This document shows positions 1 to 9,425 of a stretch of DNA of 64,000 bases, piece after piece. The stretch is taken from positions 972,919 through 1,036,918 of the forward strand of contig CAWIBM010000002.1 of assembly GCA_963834375.1 (NCBI GenBank), written 5' to 3'. The notes under the pieces are model-generated. The model was not told the origin of the DNA. It did not search any database and saw only the letters and a program-made list of their open reading frames with translations. This DNA is from an uncultured Acidimicrobiia bacterium. Its GTDB lineage: Bacteria; Actinomycetota; Acidimicrobiia; Spongiisociales; UBA5794. Each line of letters begins with the position of its first letter. The first letter of the stretch is position 1. The translations under genes and the position numbers were made by a program.

Positions 1-2
1 GC

Positions 3-236
3 AGGGGGAGCATCGACGAGTACCGCGAGCTGGGCGTGCTCAACTTCGAGATGGAGGCGGCGACGCTGTTCAAGATGGGCCTGGTGTACGGCTTCCACGC
101 CGGTTGCGTGTGCGGCATCATCGCCGCCCGGTCCGAGGACGAGCGGCCCCGGCTCGAGGAGAAGGACGCCGCCGTCGACCGGGCGATCCGGGTGGCGGTC
201 GCCGCCGCCGACGCCTGGTCGTCGAGGAGCGCCTGA
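3..236 (+). CDS. Nucleoside phosphorylase (PNP/UDP family), 3' partial
   Basis: Reading frame is open from the window edge. Translation '...YRELGVLNFEMEAATLFKMG...' matches the conserved C-terminal core of purine/uridine nucleoside phosphorylases. Confidence 0.6.
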   Translation, partial: RGSIDEYRELGVLNFEMEAATLFKMGLVYGFHAGCVCGIIAARSEDERPRLEEKDAAVDRAIRVAVAAADAWSSRSA

Positions 237-299
237 GGCGCTCTCGGCGCTGATGGTCATGGCTCTTTCGGCTGAGGCGGGCCAGTCCTGTAGGCGCTG

Positions 300-635
300 C
301 AACCGGTGCACGCTGCGCGGCTGAGCGCTCGAGGCGCCGTGATCGGCCACCCGACCCTTGGTGATCCTGACCCCCTCGGCGCGGAGCAACTCGGCGTGGA
401 GGCGCTCATCGCCGGGGACCAGGCGTCCCTCGACCGTCACCACCCGCCACCACGGAAGACCCGGGCACGGCCCCCAGCACGTTGCCGACCGCCCTCGCCG
501 CACCCGGGTAGCCGGCCTCGGCGGCCACCTCGCTGTAGGCCATCACCGTTCCTTCCGGTATCGCGGTGATGACCTCCACCACGGCCTCGGTGAAGTCGCT
601 CTCGGGTTCGACCGGCACCGGTCCACGGTACCGGC
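300..635 (-). CDS. Alkyltransferase-like (ATL/YbaZ-like) MGMT-family DNA-binding protein, apparent frameshift
   Basis: Minus-strand translation 'FTEAVVEVITAIPEGTVMAYSEVAAEAGYPGAARAVGNVLGA' continues after a 1-nt frame change as 'LPWWRVVTVEGRLVPGDERL...EGVRITKGRVADH'. This is the HTH plus PWHRVV-type motif of the YbaZ/ATL family with no active-site Cys (PWW instead of PCH). The 3' end is uncertain. Confidence 0.5.
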
Positions 636-647
636 CGGCGCCGGCGG

Positions 648-1560
648 TCAGGAGCCGGCGAAGACGAGCCCGTTCTCGCCCTTGGTCAGCCTGAGCGACT
701 CCTCGACGATCTCGTAGTCGACCTCGCCGTCGATGACCGTGATCATCGCCGTCTCGACCTGCTGGGCGTCGTCGCTCGGTGCAGGCGCGATCCGGGTGAG
801 CGCCATCGGCCCGAAGTCGATCGAGGTGGCGCCGACGGTCGCCGTGCCGTTGCCGATGTTGCAGCCGGTGTCGACCTGATAGGTGCCGTCGTCTCCGATG
901 CTGAAGGTGGCGACGATCCCGGCGGGGGCGCTGCTCACCGCAGTCCTGCTCTCCGAGACCGGTCGGTCGAGCGTCCACACGGTGCCGGTGAGGCCCGGAT
1001 CGGCGGCTCACCGTCGCACGGTCGGCGAAGGTGATGACGGTGGAGCCGCTGGTGAAGGTGACCGTCTCGCCGTCGACGGCGACATCGACGCCTTCGCCGA
1101 GGAGGGCGCGATCCAGGCGTCCTGGTCCATCCGTTCCTGTTCGCAGGCCATCATCGTCGAGGCGAGGTTGGGGGCGGTGAGCGTGCCGTCCTCGAGGGTG
1201 TAGGCACCGAACATGCTGTTGCACCCGGCGGTGACGCCGATGTTGCCCGGCTCCTCGAAGGAGACGCTGGAGCTCGGTCCCCTCGACCAGTGGGTCGATC
1301 GGCGCCGTCTTCGGTGACACCGGTGGCGACCAGGGTTCGCCCGTCGAGGTCGGCAGGGGTGGCTGGGAGCCGACCCGCGCGGCGCTCGCGCGGCCGGTCG
1401 TGTCCGGTGCGGTCGTGCGGGGCAGTCGTGTCGGGGCAGTCGTGTCGTCCCCGTCCCCGCAGGCGGCGGCGAGGGCGAGGACGGCGAGGACCAGGGTCAG
1501 GTATCGAATGCGCATGGTGGTGGGACGACCTCGAGTCGGAGGGGGGTTCCCGGCGAGCAT
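648..1560 (-). CDS. Lipoprotein with two META (DUF306/HslJ-like) domains, multiple apparent frameshifts
   Basis: N-terminus '[22 protein letters not shown]' is a lipobox signal. META-like segments '[33 protein letters not shown]' and '[52 protein letters not shown]' sit in different frames (ORFs 1008..1214 and 648..980). Confidence 0.5.
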
Positions 1561-1635
1561 ACGTGACCGGCGATCCGTCGATCCCGCCTCGGCGCGCCCT
1601 GCGGCTTCGGTCGCACCGCCCTCCTACACTTCCGC

Positions 1636-2980
1636 CATGTTCGACGCCATCTCCGGCAGGCTCAACGACGTCTTCGGTCGCCTGCGCGCCAAGGGCCGGC
1701 TCACCGAGGCCGACGTCGACGCCGCCCTGCGCGAGGTGCGCCTGGCCCTGCTCGAGGCCGACGTCAACGTGTGCGGTGGCCAAGGCGATCCTGGAGCGGG
1801 TGCGAGCCCGCGCCGTCGGCGTCGAGGTCACCGGGAGCCTCACCCCGGGCCAGCAGGTCGTCAAGATCGTCCACGACGAGCTGCTCACCACGCTGGGCGA
1901 CGAGGCGCCGCTGGACCGGCCGCCGGCTCCGCCGCTGGTGATCCTGATCGCCGGTCTCCAGGGCTCGGGAAAGACGACCACCGCCGCCAAGCTGGCGAAA
2001 CACCTCAAGGGGAAGGGCCGGCGCCCGCTGCTGGTCGCCGCCGACCTGCAGCGACCCGCCGCCATCGACCAGCTGGAGACCCTGGGGCGCCGGATCGGAC
2101 GTGCCGGTGCTCGCCGACCGGAAGACGCAAGCCGGCGCGGCTGGCCAAGGCGTCGCTGAAGTACGCCCGCCAGGAGGGCCTCAACGTCGTCATCATCGAC
2201 ACCGCCGGCCGGCTCCAGATCGACGAGGACCTGATGAAGGAGCTGGCCGCGGTCGAGAAGGCGGCCGAGCCCCACGAGGTGCTGCTGGTGGTCGACGCCA
2301 TGACCGGCCAGGAGGCGGTCAACGTGGCCAAGGGCTTCGGCGACCGCACCACCCTGACCGGCCTCGTGCTGACCAAGCTCGACGGCGATGCCCGGGGAGG
2401 GGCGGCGATCTCGGCCCGGGAGGTCACCGGCAAGCCGATCAAGTTCGTCGGTCATCGGCGAGGGCCTCGACGACCTGGACGTCTTCCATCCCGACCGGAT
2501 GGCGTCCCGGATCCTCGGCATGGGCGACGTGCTCACCCTCATCGAGAAGGCGGAGCAGACCTACGACGAGGAGCAGACCGCGGCCACGGTGGAGAAGATG
2601 CGCGACCGCCAGCTTCGACCTCGACGACTTCCTCGACCAGCTGCAGCAGCTCCGCAAGATGGGTCCGCTGCAACAGCTGGTTAGTATGCTGCCCGGCGCC
2701 GGCCAGATGCTGCGCGACGTCGACATCGACGAGCGCAACCTGAGCCGGGTCGAGGCGATCATCCGCTCGATGACCCCGGTGGAGCGCCGCGACCCCAGGG
2801 CATCAGCGGGAGTCGCAAGCGCCGGATCGCCAACGGATCGGGAACTCGGCCCCAGGACGTCAACAGGGTCCTGAAGCAGTTCTCCGAGGCGCAGAAGATG
2901 ATGAAGGCCATCGCCGGCGGACAGGAGCCCGATCCCCGGGCTCGCCGCACCGGGGATGGCTCGAAGACGGAAGAGGTGAA
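1636..2980 (+). CDS. ffh: Signal recognition particle protein Ffh, about 5 apparent frameshifts
   Basis: '[45 protein letters not shown]', '[25 protein letters not shown]', '[21 protein letters not shown]' and the M-domain '[28 protein letters not shown]' lie across three frames (ORFs 1400, 1290, 2101, 2388). Confidence 0.8.
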
Positions 2981-2983
2981 TGG

Positions 2984-3466
2984 ATGTCGGTGAAGATCCG
3001 CCTCACGCGGATGGGCAAGAAGAAGCAACCCAGCTACCGCGTCGTGGTGATGGACTCGCGCCGTCCGCGCGACGGGGCCTACATCGAGCAGATCGGGACC
3101 TACGACCCGCGCCGCGAGCCGAGCCTCATCGAGATCGACAACGACAAGGCGGTCGACTGGCTCCGCAAGGGTGCCCAGCCCACCGACCGGGCGCGCAAGC
3201 TGCTGGAGATCTCCGGGGCCTGGACCCGTTTCCGGGTGGCCAAGGGCGACATCCACACCATTGAGCACGCCATCGAGACTCCGTCGAGCCCACCACCGAC
3301 GACTCCGTCGAGCCGGCTGTCGACGAGCCTGCCGACGAACCGGTCGCCGAAGCGGCTCCGGAGCCGGTCGACGAGGCTGCGACCACCGATGCAGCCGAAG
3401 CGCCGGTTGCCGAACCGCCGGTCGAGGGGCCAGGCGATGAGCCACCCGTCGACGATGCGCCGGTGA
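2984..3466 (+). CDS. rpsP: 30S ribosomal protein S16 with C-terminal extension
   Basis: '[80 protein letters not shown]'. The tail frame is ambiguous: basic in frame 2, acidic in frame 1. Confidence 0.85.
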   Translation: MSVKIRLTRMGKKKQPSYRVVVMDSRRPRDGAYIEQIGTYDPRREPSLIEIDNDKAVDWLRKGAQPTDRARKLLEISGAWTRFRVAKGDIHTIEHAIETPSSPPPTTPSSRLSTSLPTNRSPKRLRSRSTRLRPPMQPKRRLPNRRSRGQAMSHPSTMRR

Positions 3467-3804
3467 GCGAACCGCCGGTCGCCGAGGACGAGGCGGCCGC
3501 TATCACCGATGGTGCCAACGGCGGAGACACCGCCGACCGAAGAGGAGCCGGCATGACCAAGCCCGAGATCGCCGAGCGGGTCCTGCGATACGTCGTCGAG
3601 AACATCGTCGACGAGCCGACGGCGGTCACCATCGACATGATCGAGGACAGCCCGACCGCCGCCACCGCCGAGGTGAAGACCGCAAAGGGCGACATGGGAC
3701 GGGTCATCGGCCGGCGGGGCCGGACGGCCCGCTCCATCCGCACCATCATCGGCGCCGCCGGCGAGGAAGAGGGCGTCGACGTCCGGGTCGAGTTCCTCGA
3801 CTGA
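3463..3804 (+). CDS. KH-domain RNA-binding protein (UPF0109/YlqC-like)
   Basis: 'MTKPEIAERVLRYVVENIVDEPTAVTIDMIEDSPTAATAEVKTAKGDMGRVIGRRGRTARSIRTIIGAAGEEEGVDVRVEFLD'. The GTG start at 3463 overlaps the rpsP stop as GTGA. An alternative ATG lies at 3553. Confidence 0.8.
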   Translation: MSEPPVAEDEAAAITDGANGGDTADRRGAGMTKPEIAERVLRYVVENIVDEPTAVTIDMIEDSPTAATAEVKTAKGDMGRVIGRRGRTARSIRTIIGAAGEEEGVDVRVEFLD

Positions 3805-3843
3805 CGTGGCCCGCCGATCGACAGCCGGTGGCCGACCTGACCG

Positions 3844-4371
3844 GTGACCCATCGAACAGCCCCGCACCTCGGGCAGCGCATCACCGTCGGGCGTCGTACG
3901 GCGCGCCCACGGCATCCGCGGTGGCATCCTGGTGGCGCCCACATCCGACGACCCGAGCCGCTTCGCCGTCGGCAGCGTGCTCCGCATCGAGGGAGCGACC
4001 GGAGGATGTCGCCGTTGTCGGATCGCAGCCACACCCCGAGGGCGTGATCGTGTACCTCGAAGGCGTCGCCGACCGGACCGCCGCCGAGGGTCTGCGCCGC
4101 CGCGAGCTCACCATCGACGTCGGGACCGGCGTTCCCTGGGCGACGACGAGTAGTGGCCCGAGGACCTCGTCGGGCGGCCCGCCGCCACCCCGGCGGCATC
4201 GTGCTCGGGCACGGTCACCGACGTCGTGCTGGGCGCCGCCCAGGACCGGCTGGTGGTCACCACGCCGGCCGGCGACGTGGTCGAGGTCCCGTTCGTCACC
4301 GCCCTGGTCCCCGAGGTCACGCCCGCCTCGGTCACCATCGACCGCCGGAAGGGCTGTTCCCGAGTCCCGTA
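3844..4371 (+). CDS. rimM: 16S rRNA processing protein RimM, about 3 apparent frameshifts
   Basis: Fragments 'VVRRAHGIRGGILVAPTSDDPSRFAVGSVLRIEGA', 'VIVYLEGVADRTAAEGLRRRELTIDV' and 'VTDVVLGAAQDRLVVTTPAGDVVEVPFVTALVPEVTPASVTIDRRKG' lie in three frames. Confidence 0.7.
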
Positions 4372-4443
4372 GCAAGTCACGAGACGGCGGAGATACGAGA
4401 GGCTCTTCGCCGGCTGAACGGCTCGCCGCTAGCTTGACCCGCC

Positions 4444-5275
4444 GTGGCAGGCGACCTCACCGACATCGGCGGCTTCGACCTGATCGTCGTCGGGGGGACC
4501 CTCGCCGGGCTGTCGCTGGCAGTCAAGGCGCGGGAGGCGGGTCTGGCGCGGGTGCTCGTCATCGAGCCGGACCGAGGCGGTGGCCGCCCCCGAGGTGGTC
4601 GGCCAGCACGCCCTCACCGTCGAGTACCAGGCGACACTCGCCGCGGTCACCGAGCCACCGCGACCGGCGTCGAGGGGTCGCCGACGATCGGTTCGTCGCC
4701 ACCGCAACCGCCGCCGTGCTGGCCGACCGCACCGAGCTGCCCTCCCCGGAGCCCGTCGCTTCGCCATCCCGGCCTCCATCGCCGACCGGGTGCACCTGCT
4801 TCCACCTCGACCTACCGTCGCGGGGTCCGACGTGCTCGTCGTCGGCATCGACGACGGCGTCGCCGAGGAGGCGATCCGCGTGGCCAGCGCCGGCGCCCGG
4901 GTCGTGGTGGCCCTCGGAGGGGCCACCATGGCGGAGTTCTCCCGGCTGGCGTCCCGCAAGCTGCTGCAGGCTGGAGGCGGAGCGCCGGCTCACCATCCTC
5001 TGGGGCGCCACCCCTGTCGCCATCGAGGACCTCGGCGGCTTCCCGATGGTCGACTTCGGCGACCGGAGGACCCCGACGCTCCAGTTCGACCATGTCGTCT
5101 ACCGCATCCCGCCCGGCCACTCTGGTGCACTCACCCGGCGAGGTGGAGTCGGCGGACCGCCGTCTTCGCCATCGGTCCGGCTCCGGTCGAGGGCGAGGCG
5201 GTGCACCTGTCGCCGGGGCAGGCGTGGGACGTCATCCGCAGCCTCCGGTTCCCCGACCTTCCCGAGCCGGTGCCC
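4444..5275 (+). CDS. FAD/NAD(P)-dependent oxidoreductase (thioredoxin-reductase-like fold), frameshifted. May be fused to the downstream FNR
   Basis: 'DLIVVGGTLAGLSLAVKAREAGLARVLVIEPD' is a dinucleotide-binding motif. A second Rossmann segment 'GSDVLVVGIDDGVAEEAIRVASAGARVVVALGG' is present. Several frame changes. Confidence 0.5.
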
Positions 5276-6209
5276 GCATGCGCCGCTGGCCGGGACCGAC
5301 GAGGCGATCGAGGCGTTACGCGCCCAGCACTACAACGCCACCATCACCCGCTTCGACCGCACCCACTCGGACCTCTGGCTGCTCCGGGTCAGGCCGGACC
5401 GGGGCGACACTCGCACCTGGCCGGGCAGTACGCCTCGCTGGGGCTGGGCTACTGGGAGCCGAGGGCGGACGTGGCCCGCGAGCCCAACCTCGACTCGGTC
5501 TGGGACAAGCTGATCCGGCGCTCGTACTCGATCTCCAGCCCCGATCCTCGATCATTCCGGATACCTCGTCCGGACCGGACGACGAGCTGGAGCTCTACAT
5601 CGTGCTGGTGCCGCCCACCGGCGACCGCATCCCCGGGCTGACCCCCCGGTCTGGCGTTGAAGGCCGAAGGCGACCGGATCTACCTCGGGCAGAAGATGGC
5701 GGGGCGCTACACGCTCGCCCACGTCACCGACCCGATGACCCAGGTCGTCTTCCTCGTCGACGGGGACCGGGGAGGCGCCCCACAACGACGATGATCGCCG
5801 AGTTGCTCGGGAAGGGTCACACCGGCGCCATCGGTGTCGGTGGTCTCGGTGCGCTACCGGCAGGACCTCGGGTACGACGCCATCCACCGCCAGCTCGCCG
5901 AGCGCTTCGCCAACTACCACTACCTGCCGGTGGTCACCCGGGACGAGAACGCCCCCAAGCGCTACATCCAGGATCTCATCGAGGACGGCACCATCGGCGA
6001 GGTCCTGCCCGCCGGGCTCGACCCGGCGGTCACCCAGGTGTACGCCTGCGGCAACCCGGCGATGATCGGGCTCCCCGAGGTCGGTGGGGGACGACGCCGA
6101 GCTGCGCTTCCCGGAGCCACGCGGCGTGGCCGAGATCCTCACCGGGCTGGGGTTCACCGTCGACCGGAGAGGCGTGCACGGCAACGTCCACTTCGAGGAG
6201 TACTGGTAG
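5276..6209 (+). CDS. Ferredoxin/flavodoxin-NADP+ reductase (Fpr-type FNR), frameshifted
   Basis: 'ITRFDRTHSDLWLLRV', the FAD motif 'RSYSISS', 'VVFLVDGTGEAP', 'VYACGNPAMI' and the C-terminus 'HFEEYW' (compare E. coli Fpr '...AEHYW'). A 1-nt correction after ATG 5276 gives 'MPLAGTDEAIEALRAQ'. Confidence 0.65.
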
Positions 6210-7397
6210 GTGGATCCGCACGACAGCCCGGCGGAGGCGGCGTTCCGCGCCGAGGCACGCGCCTTTCTCGACGCCAACGCCGTCCGGCTGCCCCCGACGG
6301 CCCTTGCGCTCTCGTCGATCGTGGCCGAGTGGAGCCCCGACGAGGAGGCGGCCAGGCTCGACGAGGCGAAGCGGTGGCAGGCGGTGAAGCACGCCGCCGG
6401 GTGGGCGGGCATCTCCTGGCCCGAGGAGTACGGGGGACGGGGCGGCTCGTTGGTCGAGAACCTCATTTATCAGATCGAGGAGTCGGAGTTCGACGTCCCT
6501 CATGACGCCCTTCTCGTCGGGCTGGGGTGGTGCGGCCCGGCGGTGTTGCAACACGGGGACGAGGCGCAGCGCCGCCGCCTCCTCCCGCCGCTGCTGCGTG
6601 GTGACGAGGTGTGGTGCCAGCTCTTCTCCGAACCGGCGGCCGGATCCGATCTCGCCGGCCTCTCCACCCGGGCGGTACGGGACGGCGACGACTGGGTGAT
6701 CGACGGCCAGAAGGTGTGGACCACCTTCGCCCACCGCTCGGACTGGGGCCTGTGCATCGCCCGCCACGACCCCGACGCCGCTCGCAACGCAGGGCTCACC
6801 GCGTTCATGGTCGACATGCGCGCCGACGGGGTGTCGGCGAGGCCGATCCGCCAGATCACGAACTCATCCAACTTCAACGAGGTGTTCCTCGACGGGGTCC
6901 GCGTCCCCGACACGATGCGGATCGGCGAGGTCGGCGACGGCTGGCGCGTGGTGGTGTCGACGTTCATGTGGGAGCGGTTCAACGTCATCACCGGCGGATC
7001 CCGCGTGATCCCCGGGCTGGCCGACCTGCTGCGCCACACCGGGGCGTCCACCGACCCGATCGTGCGGGAGCGGTACGCCGATATCTACTCCCGCGCCGAG
7101 GCCCTGCGCGGCACACTGCTGCGCCTGATGACGGCGTTGTCCCGAGGGCGGCTCCCCGGTCCCGAGGGATCGGTGATGAAGCTGGTGGCCACCGACCTGC
7201 TCACCGACATCTTCGACGTCGCCCTGGCCGCCCTCGGTCCCGCCGGGATGGGTGACGGCTCCGGCGACGCCTGGGACGGCCAGTGGCACTCGGGGTTCGC
7301 CGGCGCCCCCGGCATGCGTATCGGGGGCGGCACCGACTTCATCCAGCGCAACATCATCGCCGAGCGGGTCCTCGGCCTGCCCCGGGATCCCCGCTAG
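6210..7397 (+). CDS. Acyl-CoA dehydrogenase
   Basis: Intact 395-aa ORF: 'WCQLFSEPAAGSDLAGLSTRA', 'DGWRVVVSTFMWERF', 'GGTDFIQRNIIAERVLGLP'. Confidence 0.85.
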   Translation: MDPHDSPAEAAFRAEARAFLDANAVRLPPTALALSSIVAEWSPDEEAARLDEAKRWQAVKHAAGWAGISWPEEYGGRGGSLVENLIYQIEESEFDVPHDALLVGLGWCGPAVLQHGDEAQRRRLLPPLLRGDEVWCQLFSEPAAGSDLAGLSTRAVRDGDDWVIDGQKVWTTFAHRSDWGLCIARHDPDAARNAGLTAFMVDMRADGVSARPIRQITNSSNFNEVFLDGVRVPDTMRIGEVGDGWRVVVSTFMWERFNVITGGSRVIPGLADLLRHTGASTDPIVRERYADIYSRAEALRGTLLRLMTALSRGRLPGPEGSVMKLVATDLLTDIFDVALAALGPAGMGDGSGDAWDGQWHSGFAGAPGMRIGGGTDFIQRNIIAERVLGLPRDPR

Positions 7398-7408
7398 GAC
7401 GCTCACGG

Positions 7409-7530
7409 CAACTTTGAGCACTTTGCATCGAATAGCGAGGTAAACCGCTCAAAGTTGTGCGGCGTAGAGCGAGGTGTTTCAACCTTGAGCACTTTGCATC
7501 GAATAGCGATGTCAACTGCTCAAAGTTGTG
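7409..7530. repeat. Tandem pair of nested-palindrome elements (CAACTTTGAGC...GCTCAAAGTTG arms around CATCG-AATAG-CGATG). Same family as 53316-53436
   Basis: Two ~50-bp units with a 72-bp period. Outer arms are 11-bp inverted repeats, the inner arms 5-bp. Seen directly. Confidence 0.85.
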
Positions 7531-7573
7531 ATGGCTGCGTCGGCATGGCGCCGCCCGGTCCTACGCTCAGCGG

Positions 7574-8278
7574 GTGCGTATCTCCGTCGTCACGCTGTTC
7601 CCCGAGTTCTTCGGGACGCCGTTGGGCACCAGCCTGGTGGGGCGGGCGATCACGGACGGGCGGCTGGCGGTCGAGCTGGTCGACCTCCGTCGCTGGGGGA
7701 AGGGGACTCATCGCCAGGTCGACGATGCGCCCTTCGGCGGCGGGCCGGGGATGGTGCTCATGGTGGAGCCGCTCGCCGAAGCACTCGACACCCTCGACGG
7801 CTCGCACAAGGTCCTGCTCAGCGCCGCCGGCAGGCGCCTCACCCAGGCCGATCTCGACCGGTGGAGCCGGCTCGATGCCCTCTCGCTGGTGTGCGGGCGC
7901 TACGAGGGAGTCGACGAGCGGGTGGCCGAGCAGCTGGTCGACGACGAGGTCTCGCTCGGCGACTACGTGCTGCTCGGCGGCGAGATCGGGGCGCTGGCGA
8001 TCATCGAAGGCGTCACCAGGCTGCTGCCCGGGGTGGTGGGCAATCCCGGGTCGATCGAATCGGAGAGCTTTCGCCACGGCCTGGTCGAGGAGCCTCAGTA
8101 CACCAGGCCCGCCGAGTTTCGCGGGTGGGAGGTACCCGAGGTGCTCATGTCGGGTGACCACGGGAAGATCGAGGCGTGGCGCCAAACCCAGCGGCTGGAG
8201 CGCACCCGCCGGCGACGACCTGACCTGCTCGGCGGGGCAGGGGACGAGGATTTCCGCTCGCCATCCGACCGCAGGTAG
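7574..8278 (+). CDS. trmD: tRNA (guanine37-N1)-methyltransferase
   Basis: Intact: 'MRISVVTLFPEFF...LVCGRYEGVDERV...'. Confidence 0.93.
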   Translation: MRISVVTLFPEFFGTPLGTSLVGRAITDGRLAVELVDLRRWGKGTHRQVDDAPFGGGPGMVLMVEPLAEALDTLDGSHKVLLSAAGRRLTQADLDRWSRLDALSLVCGRYEGVDERVAEQLVDDEVSLGDYVLLGGEIGALAIIEGVTRLLPGVVGNPGSIESESFRHGLVEEPQYTRPAEFRGWEVPEVLMSGDHGKIEAWRQTQRLERTRRRRPDLLGGAGDEDFRSPSDRR

Positions 8279-8311
8279 CATTGGGTCCCGTCCCTGCTTC
8301 CCCGTCCCGCC

Positions 8312-8668
8312 GTGGAGACCCTCGTGAACACGCTCGACCAGATCGAGGCCGCCCAGCTTCGCGACGACCTGCCCGACTTCGGTCCCGGTGACACCGTCAA
8401 GGTGCACGTGCGCGTCGTCGAGGGGGGCCGCGAGCGGGTGCAGGTCTTCGAGGGCGTCGTCATCGGTCGCAGCGGCGGCGGTCTCCGCGAGACCTTCACC
8501 GTGCGCAAGATCAGCTTCGGCATCGGCGTCGAGCGCATCTTCCCGGTGCATGCCCCGATCATCCAGAAGGTCGAGGTCACCCGGCGGGGCGACGTGCGAC
8601 GGGCCAAGCTCTACTACCTCCGCGATCGGGTCGGCAAGGCCGCCCGGATCAAGGAGAAGCGAAGCTGA
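8312..8668 (+). CDS. rplS: 50S ribosomal protein L19
   Basis: Intact 118 aa: '[57 protein letters not shown]'. Confidence 0.93.
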   Translation: METLVNTLDQIEAAQLRDDLPDFGPGDTVKVHVRVVEGGRERVQVFEGVVIGRSGGGLRETFTVRKISFGIGVERIFPVHAPIIQKVEVTRRGDVRRAKLYYLRDRVGKAARIKEKRS

Positions 8669-8700
8669 GGCTGCGCGGCGAGTGCCGGTTCGGCGGCCTG

Positions 8701-9425
8701 TGAGCCGCCTTCCGGCACACTCGACGGTGCTGGTGCTGCGGGTCGACGAGCAGACCCTTCCCGGTGCCTGTGCGTCCCTGGCCGAGGCGGATCCCGCCCT
8801 TGCCGCCCTGTGGGAGAGAAACGGCACGCCACCGCTGTGGCGCCGCGACCCCGGCTTCCCGACCTTGGTGCGGCTGATCCTCGAACAGCAGGTCTCCCTG
8901 GCGTCGGGCCGGGCCGCCTTCGAGCGCCTCGCCACGGTCTTGGGCGGTGTGGCGCCCGGGCCGTTCCTCACCCTCGACGACGCCGAGTTGCGTGCCGTCG
9001 GGTTCAGCCGGCAGAAGGCGCGCTATGTCCGGCTGCTGGCGACCGCCGTCGAAGAGGGATCGTTCGCCTTCGAGACGGTCGCGGGGCTCGAAGACGACGT
9101 CGCCGCCGAGATGCTGCTCGGCCTCACCGGCGTCGGCCCGTGGACCGCCGCCAACTACCTCCTCTTCGCCGACCAGCGTGCCGACGTCTGGCCCCGTGGG
9201 GACCGGGCGCTGGTGGTCTCGCTCGGCCGGGCCATCGGAAGTGCCGAACCCCCCGCGTACGACGACGCCGACGTCATGGCGGATCGGTGGCGACCGTGGC
9301 GGGCGGTGGCGGCGCGCCTCCTGTGGCACGACTACCTCGGTGGGCCGGGATACGACCCGAGCCGCGTTCTCGTGACGACCGTCCCACATCGGTTCTCCCG
9401 GGGTTCCGGTAGGCTCGTGCGGTGA
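8701..9425 (+). CDS. HhH-GPD DNA glycosylase (3-methyladenine glycosylase II, AlkA-like)
   Basis: 'PTLVRLILEQQVSLASGRAAFERL...LRAVGFSRQKARYVRLLA...LLGLTGVGPWTAANYLLFA'. The GTG start at 8701 is inferred. Confidence 0.7.

Noticed and set aside
2984-3804. Single S16-KH fusion protein
   Set aside because: Possible only with an extra indel. The GTGA stop/start overlap and a downstream ATG at 3553 fit two separate genes equally well. Left unresolved.
3126-4199. Long minus-strand ORFs rich in Arg/Pro/Gly/Ala, antisense to rpsP, KH and rimM. Similar ones: 7520..8971, 18088..19698, 22284..25481 (1065 aa), 30562..33435 (957 aa), 40688..42574.
   Set aside because: Typical stop-poor antisense or off-frame ORFs of a ~70% GC genome. 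Each overlaps a strongly recognisable gene on the other strand and has a low-complexity R/P/G composition.
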